Source: a virus. From it: a stretch of DNA of 64,000 bases. The DNA lies in IMG/VR virus record IMGVR_UViG_3300025806_000014, positions 1 through 64,000 of that record; one strand, given 5' to 3'. The notes beneath the pieces were generated by a model that was not told the DNA's origin, searched no databases, and worked only from the letters and a program-made list of their open reading frames with translations. Below, in pieces: positions 40,501-51,038 of the stretch; within the stretch, counting starts at the first letter, position 1; each line of letters begins with the position of its first letter. The position numbers and the translations under genes are program-made.

Positions 40501-41483
40501 CATCTTTCATTAAATCCAACAGTAACGTCTACCTCTAAAGTATCACTTAATGAAGATCCTATTTTTAAAACATCAGCACCTATACTTATAGTCCTAGAAC
40601 CTTCCTGTAATCTTACTGTAACGGAATTAGTACTAGCATCAATCTGTGTTACTGTGTATCGAGTATCAATTGGTGTAGATACTACTTCTAAACTATCTCC
40701 TACTTTAAGTTGTACAGTATCAGCAAAATCAGCCTCCGAATCTGTATAAAATATTTTATTTAACTTATATAATTTTTGAACAGTTGTTTGCTCTACACCA
40801 TTTACAGTTTCAGTAACACTTTCCTCTCCAATTCTAATTACACTAAAGTTACCAGAGTATCTCTTATCTCTTGGTGGTAAATCTACTACAGCCTCGTCTA
40901 ATACATAAGCTATATTCTTTTCTACAATTTGTTGTAAAAAAGTATCATAATCTATTACTGCATTCCCATTATAATTTGATTCAAAGTAATTAATTTTACT
41001 TTGTGAGTTTGTATCTAAAATGTATCTTTGTACAATAGCCCTTTCAGTATCAATAGGAGCCTGCCCTGTAATATCAAATGCTACAAATAATAATGGATTT
41101 ATTAATTCCTCAAAAAACCAATTAGGTTTAATATCAAATTCATTAATGGAATTTAATGAAGTAAGATCTTGTGCCTCGGTTGGTAATTTAGCTAAAACTA
41201 ATTTTCTAAATGTACCATCAGCTAATCTTATAGAACTATTACCGTCATTAAAGTTAGTAATAGTATTAATGTTTGTATTTAATCTGTCTACCGAATTTTT
41301 AAGAAAACCAAAACTTGGAATAGTAATCCTAGAATTTGTACCATCATTATTCTGAATGTTAACAGTTACAGAATCTCTACTTGATGTAATCGCTTGATTT
41401 ACTTTCTCAAAGCTCTCCAGTGAATTGTTAAAAAGTCTTAACAGTTCCGGAAGCATTGTTTGTATTGAATTATTTTCAGCCAT
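37572..41483 (-). CDS. Large putative structural protein (1303 aa)
   Basis: Long ORF with coiled-coil and beta segments in the structural module. Confidence 0.65.
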   Translation of the reverse strand: MAENNSIQTMLPELLRLFNNSLESFEKVNQAITSSRDSVTVNIQNNDGTNSRITIPSFGFLKNSVDRLNTNINTITNFNDGNSSIRLADGTFRKLVLAKLPTEAQDLTSLNSINEFDIKPNWFFEELINPLLFVAFDITGQAPIDTERAIVQRYILDTNSQSKINYFESNYNGNAVIDYDTFLQQIVEKNIAYVLDEAVVDLPPRDKRYSGNFSVIRIGEESVTETVNGVEQTTVQKLYKLNKIFYTDSEADFADTVQLKVGDSLEVVSTPIDTRYTVTQIDASTNSVTVRLQEGSRTISIGADVLKIGSSLSDTLEVDVTVGFNERCVTFIKPIDPDSKIPAVNWSPGSGFYTNNLTTINAAGTQQTLADYYQQNAVDFGRYLLSFAQDKMPTSREGLTPNAPVLTSEDFSVALINGQVSNSDSIVQLKDLNNQKSTIQATLSELDVAISQSRAKIQTTNYTTEVERDSDKNALQGLITERASQAKLYSSVVTEIDSFASDNSVSSITPKYRVRGFWAMPQEKSAPETGVQDIIKFKYRYRYLSSDGAANAVDQFTYTDGSGTSQGAFSNYVIVDSVLRPRVKNTITGLYEWVAINDDNADAVNINQLDIPIRKGEQVEIQVKSISEAGWPANPLESEWSTAIRVEFPADLSSDSALESILTQNQEDLALVSLNENLESIGLPTHLSSSFTANETYFAHSSPVIASGFLSENQTPIDLFTKLQDMQNQLDLFSEILSSAQGELVTTLVDDTGNTFNLRRNATTKVFAGFYSQEVDGLDDPRGAIVSKTYFINIANRSQTALQLIARITGNRSRMVKQSENPGLYSPTNTGSIINGSVILPATYSWLDNSKDNQSNDRATYRGDDADYNTIRKYDLSPILLTNPDVTASTKYGQMVSQPPFQSTQNKNQFIYSRFADVSAEGNFYSYLNADLPTNGYTFNLDTLENFYNAPAATTVSDPTTQFIWGGGFLDTGLPTTTASYPGSQTPADNLVSVSIAHPFLTNYTAYKAAYESLTGDINTLPVIIPGGGIDCTVAGNGTAAVLFRQSKFSPLTSDSPYGKQQGIYLNENVTDLYNLSTATGAPYAGLTFDTGQVLQPSPSLSSAALVNLWDTTAAGYITGGYSRNAKNSFEGFDQYTLGRQSCGSYLFISSDNHLNIQVDGDSIQSREVIQFGQQNAVSVPLVFQYRMTDYFGTTSGTGLGNIGGDETGSTVNLTYTKRIGFDLYPNNSDVVQFDIEVSANYRSDRLSIDVFPKATVTKGLSDLEKVVSALRPSLTQTAVSTRSGGGGGGRSGANTFIGEADL

Positions 41484-41506
41484 TATCTAGGTTTCAATTT
41501 TATTAT

Positions 41507-43669
41507 TTATTTGATGCAATCATATACAAAACTTAACACTCCTTGCTCTGTACAAATTAGATCAATTATTGGAATGTTAGTATTGCTTAATTTAGCATTA
41601 GGTATAGTTGCAGCCAATTTTCCAAATGAACCAGTATTAAGTCTACTTGGAGAATCGGTATATATTTTTATATCACGAGATCCCATAAGAGGAATGTTGT
41701 TAAATGTTAGTCTTACTGTTTGTCCAGTTCTCCACTGAATATCAGTATCATCAATATAAATAGCTAAATCACCAGCAGCTGTATTTATAGTATCTAGTCT
41801 TAACATATTTGTATATGTTCCTAAATCTACAAATACCCTAGGATCAACTACATTTAAGTTTAATGGTGCAACTGTAGTAATTGGAACATTACCAGCATCT
41901 ACTGGTACCATTAAATTATATGCTTGCACATTATTAGATATTTGAATTTGATTAGGTGTGTTAGTGTTAACTGTTATACCTGTTCCTTGTCTAACAACTT
42001 CAGTGTTATATTGTAAAGTAGTAGCAACCTCACCGTTAGCTAATGCTTGAATTTCATCAGAGTTTTTAGCAATTAAATCTAACAATGTAGTACTACTTGC
42101 AAAAGCCAATGAAGCATTATCAATTTGTGTTTGTAAACTATTAATTTGCGACTGTAAGAATGCAGATGTACTAACTGAATTAAGAGTATTCTCAACAGCA
42201 GCTAATCTTAATTCCATGTCAGCTATCTCTAATTGCTGTCTTTGGAATATTTGAGCCGATGCTTGTAACTGCGCAGATGCATCTGAAAATAATCCCATTG
42301 AAAAAGTATTATAATCATTTACAATTGTATCAATACCTGCAGTACCAGGAGAAGCATCAAATCTTAAATTAATTTTAAATCCATAACTATTACCATTTTG
42401 GCCAGTTGTAAGATTAGGTTTATATTTCGGGTATCTTTGAATATATCCTCCATCAGTTGTAGGAGTTATATTGTCTAAAATTAAAATACCGTATAAGTTT
42501 GTTTTAGTTTTGCTAGAATCACTTAAGTCTACCATATCATAGTAAACCGCAACTGCATTAAATTCAAATGATTCAGCTAAGTCAGTTCCATTAAATTGTG
42601 GAATAGTACTTATTGTAGCATCTTGTACAATTTGTTGATAATCATTAGGATTAAAATCTACAGATATGCCATCAAGCTCAGATCTTACATATGCAGATCC
42701 GGTAAACCCAGTAGGATTATTATAATCTGCTGGATATTTTCTAATGTTAGCATTAAGAACACTTTCAAATGTAGTTGGTTCTGTGAAGTAAGCATCTACA
42801 GTATTAGGAGGTGTTGTTTCATCCATCCAGTTACCACCAGAAATTGGTAGTGCTGGGTCTGTTATTGAAGCCGTAGCATAAGGTAAAGTATACCCAGCAG
42901 GTCCTGCACCTTGTAAAGGTTGGTCATAATCATAATAAGCAAATATGTCTAATCCTTGTGGGTGGACTGTTGCTGAATTCCTTCCCATTATATACTCGCT
43001 TGTACCTTGGATTTTTAATGATGGTTGATAGTTATTATCAGATACTGAATCAAAGAGGATTGTAGGTGTTCTACCCACCTCTGTCGGTACATTAATATAT
43101 AATTCCGTATAAGCTTCTCCGGCTTTATCTACATTATTTACAATATCAATTTCACCAATATATCTAACTACTCTTCTATACTGTCGAGTCCCAGATAAAA
43201 CTTCATCTTCTTCAACAAATCTTTTATCTGTAATACTACTTGCTTTCTCTAATGCAGTAGCTTCTCTAAATCGCATAGCACCAGTTTCCTTTAACCATTT
43301 AAAGAATACTCTTTCTGTAACTGTTAGGTTAGTTGTGTTATCATATGTTGCATCACTGATAATAAGTTCTTCTAAATTCAGCGCGTAGTTTTGAAGACTT
43401 TCAGTAAAATTAACATTAGGATCACCTTTTAAGCCACCACTCCATATTGCACCATCTATTGTATCAAACTGCATATAGTTCTGAAAATTACTAAATGTGG
43501 TTGGATCTAATCTATCCATATCAGGTAGATTAAGAAGCACAAACTTAGAAAAGACTAACTTTAACTCATCATTATTGAGAGTTCTAGATAAGTCTTTAGC
43601 AGAGGAAGAGAACGTGTAAAATGTTCCCCCGTCTGCTTGCGGAGTTCTGATTAAGGGCGTTGTTGCCAT
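41507..43669 (-). CDS. Putative structural protein with a coiled coil (720 aa)
   Basis: Long ORF; heptad segment LQASAQIFQRQQLEIADMELRLAAVENTL. Confidence 0.65.
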   Translation of the reverse strand: MATTPLIRTPQADGGTFYTFSSSAKDLSRTLNNDELKLVFSKFVLLNLPDMDRLDPTTFSNFQNYMQFDTIDGAIWSGGLKGDPNVNFTESLQNYALNLEELIISDATYDNTTNLTVTERVFFKWLKETGAMRFREATALEKASSITDKRFVEEDEVLSGTRQYRRVVRYIGEIDIVNNVDKAGEAYTELYINVPTEVGRTPTILFDSVSDNNYQPSLKIQGTSEYIMGRNSATVHPQGLDIFAYYDYDQPLQGAGPAGYTLPYATASITDPALPISGGNWMDETTPPNTVDAYFTEPTTFESVLNANIRKYPADYNNPTGFTGSAYVRSELDGISVDFNPNDYQQIVQDATISTIPQFNGTDLAESFEFNAVAVYYDMVDLSDSSKTKTNLYGILILDNITPTTDGGYIQRYPKYKPNLTTGQNGNSYGFKINLRFDASPGTAGIDTIVNDYNTFSMGLFSDASAQLQASAQIFQRQQLEIADMELRLAAVENTLNSVSTSAFLQSQINSLQTQIDNASLAFASSTTLLDLIAKNSDEIQALANGEVATTLQYNTEVVRQGTGITVNTNTPNQIQISNNVQAYNLMVPVDAGNVPITTVAPLNLNVVDPRVFVDLGTYTNMLRLDTINTAAGDLAIYIDDTDIQWRTGQTVRLTFNNIPLMGSRDIKIYTDSPSRLNTGSFGKLAATIPNAKLSNTNIPIIDLICTEQGVLSFVYDCIK

Positions 43670-43691
43670 GTATTTTTTCTTTCTTTAATTA

Positions 43692-44336
43692 TTATGATAG
43701 TACATATCCTTGTCCACCAACTATGTACCAAACTGGAACGCCTGATCCATTGTCAATTGCCAAAAGATGTACACTTTCTCCTACTGCATTTAAAGTAATG
43801 TAATCATTAGTACCTGTTGTAACTAAGTTACTTGAGATACCTTGGATTTGTACACTACCGCTACCTTCGGTGCAAATAAAGAAAATTTCTTGTCCTATAC
43901 TTCCACTATATAAAGTAAGTGCTAATGTATTTGTAATATCTGTATTACCACACCTATTAATTGAATAAGGTGGAATTGCAGTACTATTACCAACATTAAT
44001 TGCCATACCTGCTCCAGCTGTGGTATCATTAAGAGGTGTAGGGTTTGTATCATTTCTGAATATAGCACCACCATTTAAATTTAAATTACCAGTCATTTTG
44101 ACATTTGTTAAAATATCAAAAGTACTAGCATTAATATCAAGTAGTATTGTACTAAGCCCAACTCTCAATGCCTCAGTTGAAAGATTGTTTAAATTAGTGA
44201 TTGTACCTGCGGTTGGAGCAAAGTATGTCTCCATCGCATTAATTTCACTAGCAAGAACATTAAAGTTATCATTAATTACTAACCTCGATCCTGATAAAGA
44301 ATCGGTTCCTAAAATTTCTGTTACGCTGATTGCCAT
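43692..44336 (-). CDS. Short fibre/baseplate protein with a gp9/gp10-like N-terminus
   Basis: GTDSLSGSRLVINDNFNVL, similar to the N-terminus of 29738..32755. Confidence 0.6.
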   Translation of the reverse strand: MAISVTEILGTDSLSGSRLVINDNFNVLASEINAMETYFAPTAGTITNLNNLSTEALRVGLSTILLDINASTFDILTNVKMTGNLNLNGGAIFRNDTNPTPLNDTTAGAGMAINVGNSTAIPPYSINRCGNTDITNTLALTLYSGSIGQEIFFICTEGSGSVQIQGISSNLVTTGTNDYITLNAVGESVHLLAIDNGSGVPVWYIVGGQGYVLS

Positions 44337-44337
44337 T

Positions 44338-47300
44338 TTATTTTGTTTGTTTTATATTTAAGATATTTCTACCTTTTTTATATTTATTCCCATTCGTATC
44401 TGTAAGTTCTAATGTTATCATATACTTTCCTGGGTCTTTAAAAAGATATGTTAGATACTTGCTTTCAAAATATATATCAGCCACTGATGAGTTAGTAGTA
44501 TTGGAGATGGTCCATCTAGGAGCATCCTTTCCAACTATTCTACATTTATCATAGACAAACATGGCCCATGACATCGGTGGTAATACTTTTCCATCATTAA
44601 TAAACTTAGCAGTTCCCCATGTAGGATTGCTAGTTATACTTTGGCTTGATTTATAAATTCTACTTAAACAATCTACATTTCCACCCGATGGTAATCTTTC
44701 AAATGGTACATAACCAGATGGATTACTCGGTAGTGCAAATATTGAATTTAATGTAGTAGTGTTAGGCTTTACTAATAGCTTACTTATATAATTTGTATAT
44801 AGAGCATGACCTAACGGATTGTTTGATTCAACTAATATAGGAGTATCGGCAGTCCATTCAGGTGCTAAAGTTCCACCACTTACATAAGTAGTAATAAAAT
44901 CCCACTCTGCATAAATTAACAAGTATAAATACTCTCTCATTAATAATGCATTAAATTCATCTAGCGACTGCCCAGGCTGCTGTGTGTAGCCTGATGTATC
45001 AAATACACCGTTTGAAATTGCTTCGGCCATTGCTGTATAGGTTGGCCCATATGCTGATGTTTGATTAAATACATTAGGATATGCACCAGGCAAACCAAAT
45101 GTTGTTATAGTATGAAGCAAATGTTCTAATACTTCTGTAATTTGGGCCTGCGGTGTAAGACCGTCATTTTGCCAAATAAAATCAACGTTTGCATTATTAT
45201 CATTAGTTTGATCCCACCCTGCTAAATCCTCTAAAGCTGGTGTATATGAACCCATCCCAATATAACCTATTCTTTGAATTGTTTTTAGTGATTGCATTTT
45301 TGCCAATACTGCTGCTTGTTTATTATAAATTATTCCAGCACTATCAGGATTTAATATCATTTCAGCACACCTTGCAATTTTTTCTACAAAAGCATCCTTA
45401 ACAGCCGGTGCTCCACTTATTGCACCTACTGAAAGTAAAGTCATTCCATTTATTGGTAATGCTTTAGCAAAAGGTGGGTATACTGTTGTTGCTGCTATTG
45501 GCCCACCAACATAATCTGTAGAATTACCAGTACCACTTGCACAAACTCTAAGTCCATTTGAATCTACAATATCTACTGATTTAAAATCTCCATGTTTGCC
45601 ATAATATCTAGAAACTGCTTGAACAAACATTTCACTATTAATAGAATTTAAAACTAAGTTATAAACATATTTATTAATAATAGGATTAGTGCTAACATTA
45701 AGCTGACTAACAGCATCTCCTAATGTAAGAGTTGATGCATCAAAGAAATGAGTACCTACTGTATTATCAAGCTCTGTAATTTGCAAATAAGTATTAGGCT
45801 TCATTTCACTAAACTGAAAAAATGCAGGAGTGTCACCAGTTGTAGCAGTCATTTCCCACCATAAGTGATAAGCATTATTCCAAGTACATAATGGACGATT
45901 TAAATTTTTCCATTGATAAGGGCCACTAAAACTAGCCTTACCATCATCTTGATAATTTAATAATTGAAAGTCTGTTGATGTTCCGATACCAAAAGTATTT
46001 AATATAGCATTAACTCTATCAAGAGAATCATATAAGCTTGGTGTTTCTTCATCCCATGTTACTGTAGGTGATTGTGGTAAATTCCATAAAGATCCATAAT
46101 TTTTCCATGTATATTTTCCTTCACTACTCCATGTATATCTTTCCTTTCTTCCTTGATACCATCCTGAATATTCTACTTCTCTAGCATCTACACAAATTGC
46201 ATCATGTTTTACTGATGATGAAATATTATTATATAAATCAAATAATTTCATTTCAACATTATAACTACCAACATAAGGTAAGGTTAAAGGGAGAGTTCCG
46301 TATTGTCCTATAGTTCCTCTTATTTGAAAAAAGTATGCAGGTGAAACATCAGATGCATCTTTATAAATTGTCCATTCTATTTCTGCAAAATTACCTGATT
46401 CTAAACCATCCCACGTAAATAAAGTTTCACCAGGTAATTGAATATCAGTAAACTGCCCACCGCTCGCAGGGTTTGCTAAAGTAGCGCTTGCAACAAATCG
46501 ATTAACATCGTTTCCATAACCTCTAATACATGGACCTATTTCATTAGTAACCTGTGACCAATCAAACCATAACCACGGATCAACTTGTGCCGTTTTAAAC
46601 GCAGCTACTTGATTAAATATCGAAGTTGTAATTGTCTGTATAGTATCTCCTGCAACTACTGTATGTGTTGCAGAGGTTCCTGTCGCAGGATCGCTTAATT
46701 TATAAACATCACCAACAGCTGCACCTTGAACATTAAAATCAAAAGTAAAAAAATCATTAGCATTTGTTAACTGTTCCCAAGTGCTATCAATATTATCCCA
46801 TGTTAAATTATTAAAGCTATCATTAGTTAAAGTAATTAATGCACCGGCTTTAGCACCAGGTTGATCTGGTAAATATTCAGAAGAATACCCTTGCTTATAA
46901 TCTAAACCTGCCACTTTATTTAAGTTAGGTGCATATCTTGCAAAATAAGCAGCATAGACACCAGCAACGTCTTTTAGCTGTACATTACCACCATTCTGTA
47001 AAGCACCTAGTACACTATTAGGATCAGGCCCAATTGGTGGTGGTGGTAAAATTTGACCAGGAGTATAATTCATTAACATATTTTGCCCTACTGAAGCGGC
47101 ACCTGCAGATAGTGGCGCAATATAAGCATTACAATAATTAATTATAGCCTGCCCCACAACAGCGGCTTCATCTAAACAAAATGAATCAAAAGTTCTTAAG
47201 TCTTCTATATAAGTACATGCAGCTGGAAAAACTTTAAAATCAGTATTAATACCAGCTTTTATAGTATTTGTATCATTTCTACTTATAGTGTTGGTAACCT

Positions 47301-48468
47301 CTAATAATCCAAAGAAATCAGCTTCTGCCGTAATACCTTTAATACGAGCATTAAGAGGAAGGTATTCATTTTCTAATTTTCTTTTTAAACCAAATAGTTT
47401 AATTAAGATTTCCTCAATAGTAAAATCTTGCAATTCTTCTGTTACTGGTAAATCCTCATCTGTAAATTTCCCAGGGACTATTTTATTAATTCTATAAATA
47501 AGACTAAATAAACTAGTCTTTCTAAAGTTTTTGTTTGGTAATGTTATTTGCTTATCATCAAACTGAGCAGTAGGAGAAAATAAATCTATTGAATTGCTTT
47601 GTATGTATTTTCCAAATTGTGGAGAATTAGCATTTACATTTCTCCAAAATTCTTTAAGCTTTAAATTATCATAACCAAAAAACTTAATAGCATTTATTAA
47701 ACCTTTATAAGAACCGATAAAAGGATATATGTTATTTCCTTCCATCATAATTTCTTTACGCTTAAGATTAATCTCTACATAATCAGGTAATGCTTCTTTT
47801 ATATTAGTTTCTCTAAAAACAGTACTATCAGATGCAATAACATTATAACCCATGTTTTGAGTCATAACTCTTAATCTCTCATCTTCTTCAATACTTTCAG
47901 CATACACCATAAATTCACCTACAATAGTGTTAGAACATTTATCAGTTATGATTAGTTTTCTCCTATAAGTATTTTCAAATTCAGATGAAAATGTTATATC
48001 AACCTGTAATGCTTCAGATTTAATTTGATCTGTTATAATAAAACCTGCAGCATTTGTAGTTTGATCAGGATCGTATTGCAAAGGTGCAACTAATTTATCA
48101 ACCTTTATTAATGGCGGGCCATCAGGTTCTTGTACTAATGCTGATTGTGTACCTGTATTAAAATCTTTGTTAAATTGAAATAAAAATATTTGATTAGGCT
48201 TTGTGGTTTTCCAACTTACTTCCCAATCACAAGTACTGCCTGTAGGATCAGGCTGGTTGTAACCATGTGGATAACCAAATTTAAAAGTACCACTATCCTT
48301 GTCTATCATTTTTTGCAAAATGAATATTTGGTTTACTTCAAATAAATCAATAGAAACTTGTGGCAAGAAAATGTCACCAGTCCACTTGTCAGTAGAACTG
48401 TCATATGCCATATTGTAATTCTTCCCATACTTATCGAAGAAATATAAATGTTGCCAATTTTTGGTCAC
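44338..48468 (-). CDS. Baseplate wedge gp7-like protein with Ig/PKD-like modules and an inserted zincin-like domain (1376 aa, GTG start)
   Basis: YPFIGSYKGLINAIKFFGY resembles the gp7/P2 gpI motif; near gp6; GSYNVEMKLFD and GKYMITLELTD strands; EVLEHLLHT...REYLY. Confidence 0.6.
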   Translation of the reverse strand: MTKNWQHLYFFDKYGKNYNMAYDSSTDKWTGDIFLPQVSIDLFEVNQIFILQKMIDKDSGTFKFGYPHGYNQPDPTGSTCDWEVSWKTTKPNQIFLFQFNKDFNTGTQSALVQEPDGPPLIKVDKLVAPLQYDPDQTTNAAGFIITDQIKSEALQVDITFSSEFENTYRRKLIITDKCSNTIVGEFMVYAESIEEDERLRVMTQNMGYNVIASDSTVFRETNIKEALPDYVEINLKRKEIMMEGNNIYPFIGSYKGLINAIKFFGYDNLKLKEFWRNVNANSPQFGKYIQSNSIDLFSPTAQFDDKQITLPNKNFRKTSLFSLIYRINKIVPGKFTDEDLPVTEELQDFTIEEILIKLFGLKRKLENEYLPLNARIKGITAEADFFGLLEVTNTISRNDTNTIKAGINTDFKVFPAACTYIEDLRTFDSFCLDEAAVVGQAIINYCNAYIAPLSAGAASVGQNMLMNYTPGQILPPPPIGPDPNSVLGALQNGGNVQLKDVAGVYAAYFARYAPNLNKVAGLDYKQGYSSEYLPDQPGAKAGALITLTNDSFNNLTWDNIDSTWEQLTNANDFFTFDFNVQGAAVGDVYKLSDPATGTSATHTVVAGDTIQTITTSIFNQVAAFKTAQVDPWLWFDWSQVTNEIGPCIRGYGNDVNRFVASATLANPASGGQFTDIQLPGETLFTWDGLESGNFAEIEWTIYKDASDVSPAYFFQIRGTIGQYGTLPLTLPYVGSYNVEMKLFDLYNNISSSVKHDAICVDAREVEYSGWYQGRKERYTWSSEGKYTWKNYGSLWNLPQSPTVTWDEETPSLYDSLDRVNAILNTFGIGTSTDFQLLNYQDDGKASFSGPYQWKNLNRPLCTWNNAYHLWWEMTATTGDTPAFFQFSEMKPNTYLQITELDNTVGTHFFDASTLTLGDAVSQLNVSTNPIINKYVYNLVLNSINSEMFVQAVSRYYGKHGDFKSVDIVDSNGLRVCASGTGNSTDYVGGPIAATTVYPPFAKALPINGMTLLSVGAISGAPAVKDAFVEKIARCAEMILNPDSAGIIYNKQAAVLAKMQSLKTIQRIGYIGMGSYTPALEDLAGWDQTNDNNANVDFIWQNDGLTPQAQITEVLEHLLHTITTFGLPGAYPNVFNQTSAYGPTYTAMAEAISNGVFDTSGYTQQPGQSLDEFNALLMREYLYLLIYAEWDFITTYVSGGTLAPEWTADTPILVESNNPLGHALYTNYISKLLVKPNTTTLNSIFALPSNPSGYVPFERLPSGGNVDCLSRIYKSSQSITSNPTWGTAKFINDGKVLPPMSWAMFVYDKCRIVGKDAPRWTISNTTNSSVADIYFESKYLTYLFKDPGKYMITLELTDTNGNKYKKGRNILNIKQTK

Positions 48469-48474
48469 TATCTT

Positions 48475-48744
48475 TTAATTTATTTTTTGATACCACTTAG
48501 GAACTGCAAAATTAAAATAAATTCTCAAGTATTTAACCCTGTTAATATAAAAGACCATAATAGGATTTAAGTAATCGGTTAAGAACTTACTAAGATGCCT
48601 ATTTCTAAACATATAAGAAGACATAGAATTTTTTAATAAATCAGGAGCATAATTATATCCTGTGTTTTTTAAATCCCATCCATTTTCATATGTAGCTCTA
48701 TATAAGCTAGGGAATCCTGTACTATCGTTTTTAACTGTTGCCAT
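48475..48744 (-). CDS. Small hypothetical baseplate-region protein
   Basis: 89-aa ORF filling the gap between the gp6-like and gp7-like genes. Confidence 0.6.
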   Translation of the reverse strand: MATVKNDSTGFPSLYRATYENGWDLKNTGYNYAPDLLKNSMSSYMFRNRHLSKFLTDYLNPIMVFYINRVKYLRIYFNFAVPKWYQKIN

Positions 48745-48745
48745 A

Positions 48746-50602
48746 TTATTCTCCTTTTAATGCTTTTAGTGTTGGTGTATTTTGCAACCTACCTGTATTT
48801 AATCCTGCTGCATTTGTACCAGTTGCTATTGTTGTACCTCTATTTCTTTTAGTGCTATTATATTTTTCTTGCTGTATTTTATTATAAAGATTATTTGCAA
48901 TTGCTTCTTTATAGAATACATTAAGAGAACTAATTTTATTAGCTTCTGGTGTAGGCTCATAAAAAGTACCATTTCTATCTTTCCATCCACCTCTAATAAT
49001 AGCTATGTCATTATTTTCAATAATGATATCTCCAAAACTATCTAAACCTAATTGTGGATCTTCACCTTTCTTTAATACAATTTTTTTATTTTCTATTAGA
49101 ACTCTTTGATCAGTTACAGGATCTGTCCCATAAACTGGAATAAAGTAAAAACCATCTCTTATTGCTTTTTCATTCAACTCAGATATAAAGAATACATTTA
49201 CAGAATCAATACCTTCTACATTTTCAATTATAGAAATAATATCAGATCTTGGAATCCTATCTCTTCTATTTACATTTAAGAAATATTCATCTAAATTTTT
49301 TCTAATTTCAATTCTTATAGAATCTTTATCATAATTATCAAACCATCTTACTACAATATTAAGAGCATATTTTTTAACAACTGGATCTACTATTCTAGTT
49401 TCAGCAGTAACAACCTGTCTTCCGCTCTTATTTAAAATTTCATAAGTCATTTCCTTTTCTTGTGTAGTCATAGTAAACTCTACTTCAGGTACACTAAAAT
49501 AATCTAAATCACTTGTTAACTTTTTCTTTACATCTGGAATTAAGAATAGGTAAATAATATTGTCATCATCTAAGTATTCATCATTCTTAGTATTATAAGC
49601 ATCTATAAAAGACCAAAAATCATACTTACTTAAATAGTAAATATAATTATTAGGATTTGCTAATACAAATGAATTACTTGCATAAGGTGCAATCAACCTA
49701 GTAAATTGTGGATCTTCAGAATCAGATCCAAACATTGGATTTCTTGTAATGTTTATAGAAAGAATTTCATTTAAATCAGCCTGTTCTCCAGATGAATCTG
49801 TTCCTGGGTCTATAAATTTAATATCTAATTGTTTACCTCCAATATTTCCAGCCACACCCCTAGTCTTAACATATGTAACTCTAATTCTAGAACCTAATGC
49901 AGGCGGTTCTCCAAATTGATTATTTCCAAAAAATACACTTAATCCACCATTAACACTAGTTTTAACCATCGCGCATTTCTCTCCGTTATTCATGTCATAT
50001 ATTGAATCAACTAATTTCCATAATTTTCCGTCAACAAAAACCTCAACTAAATATTGATCAGTAGGGTCCTTAGTAGTTAAGTTATAACTTTGTAATGGAT
50101 TACCTGTACCAGTAAAGGCTTGATCTTCTTTTTCACCTTGAACAATTTCAACATTAACAAATGATTTGGTAGTTTTATCTAGTCTAATAAAATCGCTATT
50201 AAACTTTAAAAAGTAAGTTAAACTATTTTGCCCTACTTGAAAACTTGCACCATTCATAATTTGTACATAGTCACCATTAAGGAGGGTAGATGCACTTGTG
50301 TTTAAACGTAATCCAATAATACCTCTTGCAGATATACCTCTTGTAGGGTCATGACCGGTTAATCTAGATAAACCGTAGATAGATTCAATGTTTCGTGCGC
50401 GAGATATATTCAGCTCTGTGGCAATTGCTTCTATATAGAAAAATATCAACTCCCCTAAGTTAGACACAACAGTTAATATCTGGCCAAATGGTGAAGCCGG
50501 GGTAAATGTTTCTATGGCTTGATCGTAGGTACGCTGTAGGTATTCAAATGAATCTTCAAATAACTCAGTGGCTTTTAATCTTGTTTTACTAAAAAATGAC
50601 AT
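48746..50602 (-). CDS. gp6: Baseplate wedge subunit gp6-like
   Basis: SPFGQIL, ELNISRARNIESIYGLSRLTGHDPTRGISA, VFFGNNQFG, YVKTRGVAGN. Confidence 0.85.
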   Translation of the reverse strand: MSFFSKTRLKATELFEDSFEYLQRTYDQAIETFTPASPFGQILTVVSNLGELIFFYIEAIATELNISRARNIESIYGLSRLTGHDPTRGISARGIIGLRLNTSASTLLNGDYVQIMNGASFQVGQNSLTYFLKFNSDFIRLDKTTKSFVNVEIVQGEKEDQAFTGTGNPLQSYNLTTKDPTDQYLVEVFVDGKLWKLVDSIYDMNNGEKCAMVKTSVNGGLSVFFGNNQFGEPPALGSRIRVTYVKTRGVAGNIGGKQLDIKFIDPGTDSSGEQADLNEILSINITRNPMFGSDSEDPQFTRLIAPYASNSFVLANPNNYIYYLSKYDFWSFIDAYNTKNDEYLDDDNIIYLFLIPDVKKKLTSDLDYFSVPEVEFTMTTQEKEMTYEILNKSGRQVVTAETRIVDPVVKKYALNIVVRWFDNYDKDSIRIEIRKNLDEYFLNVNRRDRIPRSDIISIIENVEGIDSVNVFFISELNEKAIRDGFYFIPVYGTDPVTDQRVLIENKKIVLKKGEDPQLGLDSFGDIIIENNDIAIIRGGWKDRNGTFYEPTPEANKISSLNVFYKEAIANNLYNKIQQEKYNSTKRNRGTTIATGTNAAGLNTGRLQNTPTLKALKGE

Positions 50603-50615
50603 TCATTCTATTATT

Positions 50616-50978
50616 TTAAAAAAGAGCTCCTAAAACTCTTTCTTCATTTACAAAAATATCTACTAAACAACCATCTCTCTCCAATGTTGAAAAGAAACTT
50701 ACTTTAGTATCTACACTAAAGCCAGCAATATCTGGTAAACAGTATGCAGTTATCTGGCTATTAATATTGTTCTGTATAGTATTCTCACTTAATACCAATG
50801 AAAATATTAATTCATCTAGATTAGCTCCCATACCAGGTGAACCTAAAACATCACCCTTTGTTGTAAATAGGCAGTTTTCTATCTTAATAATTAATTGAGA
50901 TAAAGTATCACTAACCTCTAAAGTATTATCATTAAACTTTGGGGCTAATGCATCTCTGCTATAAATATCTCTAATCAT
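50616..50978 (-). CDS. gp25: Baseplate wedge gp25-like sheath initiator
   Basis: IENCLFTTKGDVLGSPGMGANLDELIF; directly upstream of gp6. Confidence 0.8.
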   Translation of the reverse strand: MIRDIYSRDALAPKFNDNTLEVSDTLSQLIIKIENCLFTTKGDVLGSPGMGANLDELIFSLVLSENTIQNNINSQITAYCLPDIAGFSVDTKVSFFSTLERDGCLVDIFVNEERVLGALF

Positions 50979-51038
50979 AAAAGAATACTAATTTTTTATT
51001 ATATATTCTCTTTTAATTTAATAGCTTTCAGATTATAA

